Shown here piece after piece: positions 58,560 through 64,000 of a DNA stretch of 64,000 nucleotides. Within the stretch, counting starts at the first letter, position 1; the number at the start of each line of letters is the position of its first letter. The position numbers and the translations under genes were made by a program. The notes beneath the pieces are model-generated. The model made no database searches. It saw only the letters and a program-made list of their open reading frames with translations, and was not told the origin of the DNA. Origin of the DNA: Monocercomonoides exilis PA203 (taxonomy: Eukaryota > Protista > Preaxostyla); NCBI GenBank assembly GCA_001643675.2, contig LSRY02000045.1:1-64000 (forward strand), in the 5' to 3' direction.

Positions 58560-60941
58560 CTTATTAAATGATGAATTGCTCTTTCATCGTATCTTGTATA
58601 GAGCTTATTAGCAATTGTTTGAATGAGTCCAATCTGACTGGAAAGATTGAATGAATCGGTGATTTTCATGCAGATGTGACACATACAAAAAATTCGATGA
58701 AGATTGAAAATAAGCACATTCACAAAATGGACGTTGCTGTCAACACACATAAAAAAGATGAAGTTCATAATAAATGATGGAAAAAAGTTCAGAAAATTTC
58801 AAAAATTCAAAAATACATTAAAAAATAAACACACAATAATTCTTTGTTATTATTAAAAGAAAATTTCAACTCACACCACATCGCTTCAGATCTTCTCCAT
58901 TGCAAAAGTAGATCCGTCTGGAACTCTTTTCTTTTCTCTCGCTGAGTTAAGAATCTCCTCAACCTCCTTCACCATCTCCGCTTTCCTGACTTATCTCTTC
59001 TTCGAGAAATCTGGCAACATTGAATGGAAAAACTCAATTTCCGCGATAATTGCTGTATTCACTTGCTGTTCTTGCAAAGCTTGCTGCTCTGCGCTCGCTC
59101 AACTTCGACTCTTCTCCAAACTCCTCCAATGATATAAATTATGTCTTTTTTTCGATCGCAATCTTCTTTGGCCGTATGATATTCTTTTTTGTCAGCGTTT
59201 CTGCCCCATTTGACACAAACAGCGAAGAATCCAACGCAGACAAATTGATCCCACTGATGTTTCCATTTCCCCCTCTTCCTCTGCTGCTTCTTCCACATTC
59301 ATCAGTAACTGGTCTGCGTGTTGTGACTCAATTATAACCTCACGAAGCTTACACATTCTCTTCTGTTGTATCCTCCCAGGCTGCGCGGATAACAGTGCAG
59401 GTTTAAGAACTTTGCAAGGGGGTCCGCACCTAAAATGAGCAGGTCGTTCGTCGCCCACTTCTCATCGACAGAGAGTCTGCCGTCATAAACAATCCAGTTC
59501 TCGTTTAGCAAATAGAAGAGGTTCGTGTCCACGTACCGCACCGCACACAAAATATACAGCGCGCAATCGCTGCTAACCTGAGGAATCTCAGCGGTCCGCT
59601 CCTGCTCTTGCTGCTGTTGCCTCTGGAACAAATTCATAGCGTGCTGTGGATCGGACGAAGGCTGTGGGGCAAGCACAAGAGAAGAGAAATCGCAGTTAAC
59701 ATGCTGAGTATTCTTCGCATAAAGTGCATATGGAAGATGTTGACCTTCTCCTCTTTGTCATCTGCCTCGTCCCGCTTGTCAAACATCCTTTAAACCACAG
59801 ACACTCTTGACGCCATTCCTCTCCTCCTTTCCTCAGGACTCTTATTCCTTGTTCCTCATTCTTCTTCTCCTTCAGGAGCGATTGCAGATGGCAGATCTTG
59901 TCCAAGTTTTTGTTCTTTGTTTCCTCAAATCGCATCTACTTCAGCTGAATACGATTTGTGACTGGAATAAATGATAAATCCTTTTGCTTCATCCTTCCAT
60001 TTAGACTCCTCAACCATCTGTGCCTTTGTGAAATTTTTCTGTTTCTTTTCTTTTCTTTTCTTTTCTTTTTTTTCTGCCCCTCTTTTTCGTTCTCAATCTC
60101 TTTTTCTGTTGCTCCTTCCACTTCCTCGTTTTCCCAAACCTGTTCCATTGCCTTCCTCTTGCTCCTCTTCTTTCCTTTCTTCAGGACCCTCAGAGCATGA
60201 ATCTCTGGAAGAACCTGTTTCAAACATAATATCAAATTCACGAGTTCCGATGAACTGCTGTTCGATTAGCTCGTGTCTTTGGTTTTGATCTATTCAAGCA
60301 GCTCCATCTTCCGCTCATCTCCTGTTGAGAAGATGATAACACTATTATGCAACAAATGAAACTTATACAAAAAAGACATTATTACAACCATGACGAAAAT
60401 TGCGGGAAAAAATTAAAAAATAATAAATCGAAAGGAAAAAGAAGAATACGAAGATGATGCTTGCGAAGATTATTGGCAATTCAATAGCATTACTTTCATA
60501 TTAAATTACAAAGGCAATTATCATCAACTGAACGAAATATTTGAAAATTGATTTATCTTATATTTTTTCAAAAAAATTTATTAATTGAAAAGATCATGGC
60601 GTTTTTGGCATTTCAAATTTTTGCTCAAAACATCATTATATTAAACTATCAGCTCATTAAGCATAGAATATGCGACTTTCAATGTTGACCAAAATGCACA
60701 AATAATTTGGTTTTTTTAAGATCATTAATTTTGAATATTCTATTTAATTTTATTTTTTTTTTTGTTTTTTTTTATTTATTTTTAATTATTTTATAATTAA
60801 CTTTTTGTTATTTTTATCGAATGATTCAAATGAATTTCTTTTTTTCTATTTCTTTTTTTTTTATTTTTTTATTAATTTTTGTTATAAAAACTGAAGTGAG
60901 AAAAAACTAGCATTAGCAATAAATTTGAAGTGTGAAATATG

Positions 60942-62363
60942 TCACATGACTTTTTTATAAAAAGAAAGTGAAGGTTTCCAATTTTCTTGTGACATTAAAA
61001 TCCAGTATTCCTCCCATTTGTCTGGAATTATTTCTGACACGCTATTATCATTGCACTCCAAAAAAATTGAAGAATATGACGGTCTTTTCACATCCTTTTT
61101 GACAATCGCAATAAAATGACCTTGCTCGTATATTGCTGTTGAGTGAATTATGCAACCAACCAAATCATAAACGATAGATCGCTCAATATCCTTCAAAATC
61201 AGATCCCTTTCTTCCTTGAACTTAAATGGGTTTTTTATTTCCATGTCATTCGGTCCCGGTCCCTTTTCAACAAACACAATCGATTTTGGAGGTGCGACAA
61301 CCCTGAAAGATTCATTGACATTATGATTAATTGTAAGAATATCTGGAAATGATACAAAACGCACGAAAGGAATACAGGGTTTGTCCGTTTCACACCTATT
61401 ACACCTTCGATTTCGTTGTTCTGTGATAAGATTAATGTTTGTTAGTAATTTTAACAGGCCTCCGATAATGTCAGATCCATTTATTGTGAAATAATACCTC
61501 GTTTCACGATTCGAGACTAAGAAATTTTCACAATGAGTGCATTCACGAACGTTTTGGCTGTAGATTGAAAACATATGATAGATTTTATTCTTTTTATCCG
61601 ACAACATATCCAACATTTTGTCAAAAACATCAGTCAGTTTTTGTGCCACATTTCTTGGTCCAATTTTCAATTCGTAAAAGTTCCATATAACTGTTCCATT
61701 CCAAACTTTGCTGTTCTTTTTTGACTTCCGGAGCATTTCGAATAATTGAATGAACTCTGCTTGTTCATCGTTCATCATTGCAACTTGATTGCTGTTAATG
61801 TCAAGTGCAGCGAAACATTGACAAACAGAAGATAATGAACAGACACTTCCTGTGTTCACAAGCCCTCTTTTCGACTCCAATTGTTGCAACACACATGAAC
61901 GTGATTTCTCTTCGATTTCATCATCCCGTTTAAGTGTATATGAAAAAGGTTTTAATAGTTCGTTTGAATCTTTCTTTCTTTTCTCAATATTTTCTTCAGC
62001 TTCAAAATGAAAATTATTAAGATAATCAACTATTCTATCAATTGAAGAAGATGGAGAAATTGTCTTTTCTATTGGGACAGTTGGTGGTTGTGAGAAAGAT
62101 GATTGTTCTGGAGCAAATGATGGAGAATTCTGCAGAGAGGACAAAGAAAAATTATGATATGCGTTAGATGTTGAATTTTTCGCGTTTAAAAACAGCAGTG
62201 ATGATTGTGGTGAGTTTCCTGAAGGTGATGAAGAATTTGAATCAAAAGGAGAAGATGCTGTGAATGCTACTGAAGTTGGGGAAGAAGAGAACGCAAAAAG
62301 CGATTCTTGAATAACTGTTTGAGAGGTTCTTGTGGATTTTTCATTTTGGAATGGAGTCTTCAT
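60942..62363 (-). CDS. Ubiquitin-specific protease (peptidase C19/USP) catalytic domain, divergent; C-terminal part of a longer gene
   Basis: Cys box RGLVNTGSVCSLSSVCQ, two CxxC (CTHC, CNRC), FPDILTI, His box YDLVGCIIHS...GHFIAIVK, and CNDNSV. The frame stays open upstream of the Met (...SPFSATEDGSFHLSECS-MKTP). Confidence 0.85.
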   Translation of the reverse strand: MKTPFQNEKSTRTSQTVIQESLFAFSSSPTSVAFTASSPFDSNSSSPSGNSPQSSLLFLNAKNSTSNAYHNFSLSSLQNSPSFAPEQSSFSQPPTVPIEKTISPSSSIDRIVDYLNNFHFEAEENIEKRKKDSNELLKPFSYTLKRDDEIEEKSRSCVLQQLESKRGLVNTGSVCSLSSVCQCFAALDINSNQVAMMNDEQAEFIQLFEMLRKSKKNSKVWNGTVIWNFYELKIGPRNVAQKLTDVFDKMLDMLSDKKNKIYHMFSIYSQNVRECTHCENFLVSNRETRYYFTINGSDIIGGLLKLLTNINLITEQRNRRCNRCETDKPCIPFVRFVSFPDILTINHNVNESFRVVAPPKSIVFVEKGPGPNDMEIKNPFKFKEERDLILKDIERSIVYDLVGCIIHSTAIYEQGHFIAIVKKDVKRPSYSSIFLECNDNSVSEIIPDKWEEYWILMSQENWKPSLSFYKKVM

Positions 62364-64000
62364 AGAACATTCTGATAAATGAAATGAACCGTCTTCAGTT
62401 GCTGAAAAGGGAGAGGAGGGAGGGGAGGGAGGGGAGGGAGATGAGGGAGATGAGGGAGATGAGGGAGATGAGGAAGAGGATGAGGAAGAGGAAGAGGAAG
62501 AAAAAGAGGAAGAGGAAGAGGAAGAGGAAGAGGAAGAAAAGAGGAAGAGGAAGAGGAAGAGGAAGAGGAAGAGGAAGAGGGAGAGGGAGAGGAAGAGGAA
62601 GAGGAAGAGGAAGAGGAAGAGGAAGAGGAAGAGGAAGAGGAAGAGGAAGAGGAAGAGGAAGAGGAAGAGGAAGAGGGAGAGGGAGAGGAAGAGGAAGAGG
62701 AAGAGGAAGAGGAAGAGGGAGAGGGAGAGGGAGAGGAAGAGGAAGAGGAAGAGGAAGAGGGAGAGGGAGAGGAAGAGGGAGAGGGAGAGGAAGAGGGAGA
62801 GGAAGAGGAAGAGGGAGAGGGAGAGGAAGAGGAAGAAGATGAAGAAGTGTGAGGCGGTTCAGAAGAAGAAGAGAAAAAAGATAAAGAAATAAGATCTTTT
62901 TGTGTGGATGGTAAAGTTTGGTGAAGTTGCAATGAAGAAGAGGAAGGTGAAGGGGAACAAGAAGAGGAGGAGGAGGATACAGAAGAAGATGATGAAGTAA
63001 TAAATGAATAATTAGGAATAGAATTAAAAGAAGGAGGAGGAGAAGAAGAAGAAGAGGAAGAAAAGGATAATGAGGAAGAGGAAGAGGAAGATGATGATAA
63101 CAGAGGCAAAGGAGGAAGTGCAGAAGTTGATGATGCTTGGATAGAAGTTGAAGTTGAAACATCTTCTGCAGCCGGTGATGAGGAAGGAGACAGAGAAGAA
63201 GGCTGAGCTGAAGTTGTTGTTGCTGAGGAAGCTGATGCAAAAGGAGAGGATGAGGAGGAAGAAGAATTGATCTCATTTTTCAATGAAGAAGTGTTCGCAT
63301 GAGAATGATATGATACATTGGAAAGATCACTTTCAGAGTTAATATTGCTCACGTTAGGCGGAGGAAATGAGCGATCAACTGAAGCAGATAATGATGAGGA
63401 GAAGATAAGTGGTGTTCCAAGTGAAGAAGAAGAGGAAGAAGATAAAAAAGGACAAGATGAAGAGGAAGTGGAAGAAGATGAATTGCGTTCAAGGGATGCG
63501 GGGAAAGGGGATGAAGATGGGGGAGAAGAGACATCGGGTACGGAAATGATGTGGAAAGAGGAGATGTTGGTGAAGGAGTTGGGTGAGGAAGAAGAAGAGG
63601 AGCAATGCAATGAAGAAGATAACAATGGCTGAGAAGGATTTGAAGCCGAAGAGTTATTATCATTTGATGATGACGGAAAGTTTGACATCATTGATTGATC
63701 AGTATTATTCTTCAATTGTGGCAATGTTGAATGAATGAATGAAGAACTCGACGTGAATGAAGAAAATGAGCTTGTTGATGTATTTCCCAGTGGAGATGCA
63801 ACTGATGAAACTGGAACAGAAAAGGAAGGAGACGAGATATTTTTTGTTGAAAGATTATTGAACAAATTGGTCGGTTTTGTCTCTGTTTGAGAAAACTCAT
63901 GAAAAAGTGATGATGTTGATGGCAAAGGAAGAGAAGCACTTGATGAAGAATGCGCTAAAGAGGAAGAAGTGTTCATTGAAGAAATAGGAGCAAAGGAGGA
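62360..64000 (-). CDS. Poly-Ser low-complexity N-terminal part of the USP gene, out of frame by 1 nt at ~62537-62540; may begin upstream of the window
   Basis: The 538-aa ORF switches from poly-S to poly-LP exactly at GAAG-AAAA-GAGG (A4), whereas the sister unit at ~62501 has A5. The frame is open to the window edge. Confidence 0.7.
   Translation of the reverse strand, partial: SSFAPISSMNTSSSLAHSSSSASLPLPSTSSLFHEFSQTETKPTNLFNNLSTKNISSPSFSVPVSSVASPLGNTSTSSFSSFTSSSSFIHSTLPQLKNNTDQSMMSNFPSSSNDNNSSASNPSQPLLSSSLHCSSSSSSPNSFTNISSFHIISVPDVSSPPSSSPFPASLERNSSSSTSSSSCPFLSSSSSSSLGTPLIFSSSLSASVDRSFPPPNVSNINSESDLSNVSYHSHANTSSLKNEINSSSSSSSPFASASSATTTSAQPSSLSPSSSPAAEDVSTSTSIQASSTSALPPLPLLSSSSSSSSSLSFSSSSSSSPPPSFNSIPNYSFITSSSSSVSSSSSSCSPSPSSSSLQLHQTLPSTQKDLISLSFFSSSSEPPHTSSSSSSSSPSPSSSSSPSSSPSPSSSPSPSSSSSSSSSPSPSPSSSSSSSSSSSPSPSSSSSSSSSSSSSSSSSSSSSSSSSSSSSPSPSSSSSSSSSSSSSFLPLPLPLPLPLFLPLPLPHPLPHLPHLPHLPHLPPLPPLPPLPFQQLKTVHFIYQNVL
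62482..62839 (+). repeat. Pure-purine (GAGGAA/GAGGGA)n microsatellite, ~358 bp
   Basis: No pyrimidine on the + strand between the T at 62481 and the T at 62840. Encodes poly-Ser/Ser-Pro on the minus strand. Confidence 0.95.

Larger units (their letters stand above)
54170..60340 (-). pseudogene. Multi-exon, disrupted gene (or genes) of unknown function, Ser-rich and charged
   Basis: Contiguous minus-strand ORFs separated by single stops (60241-59936 / 59935-59696; 55479-55042 / 55041-54724) and frameshifts, with recognisable introns. Confidence 0.45.

Noticed and set aside
54724-60241. TAA/TAG read as Gln (known in some oxymonads), suggested by same-frame single stops at 55042 and 59936
   Set aside because: The 4308-codon ORF has many Gln and no in-frame TAA/TAG, and TGA stops and frameshifts also break these regions. 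Pseudogenisation explains the pattern better.
62384-63276. Poly-RG (62384-62842, +) and poly-LP (62395-63276, -) ORFs
   Set aside because: Alternative-frame shadows of the (GAGGAA)n poly-Ser microsatellite.

Overview
AT-rich eukaryotic (protist) DNA in the standard genetic code, with short GT-AG introns and poly-Ser/poly-Glu proteins. Its giant cysteine-containing beta-helix (GGAI / CG-x3-6-PC) receptor-pseudokinase family suggests an oxymonad such as Monocercomonoides; this is inference, not verified. The first 18 kb is a nested structure: a ~6.3-kb-arm inverted repeat (171-~6500 / ~11690-18151) with near-identical arm cores and diverged edges. Its apex is interrupted by a 5.1-kb non-autonomous hAT-type element (15-bp TIRs, perfect 8-bp TSD), which contains a 1-kb foldback element, a decayed kinase fragment and an A48 tract. 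Each arm carries an open but headless and tailless fragment of the receptor's N-terminal domain. A third fragment (20594-22432) shares a 516-bp identical block with them but has a divergent N-terminal half. These lie next to an intact 4308-aa single-exon receptor-like pseudokinase (23876-36802, minus). Positions 37.8-60.3 kb are mostly disrupted genes: a pseudokinase tail, a possible DIRS-type RT relic, an orphan family fragment and a multi-intron gene. The window ends in a USP/peptidase C19 gene split by a 1-nt frameshift inside a poly-Ser microsatellite. No rRNA, tRNA or CRISPR array was seen. Identities were judged by eye.
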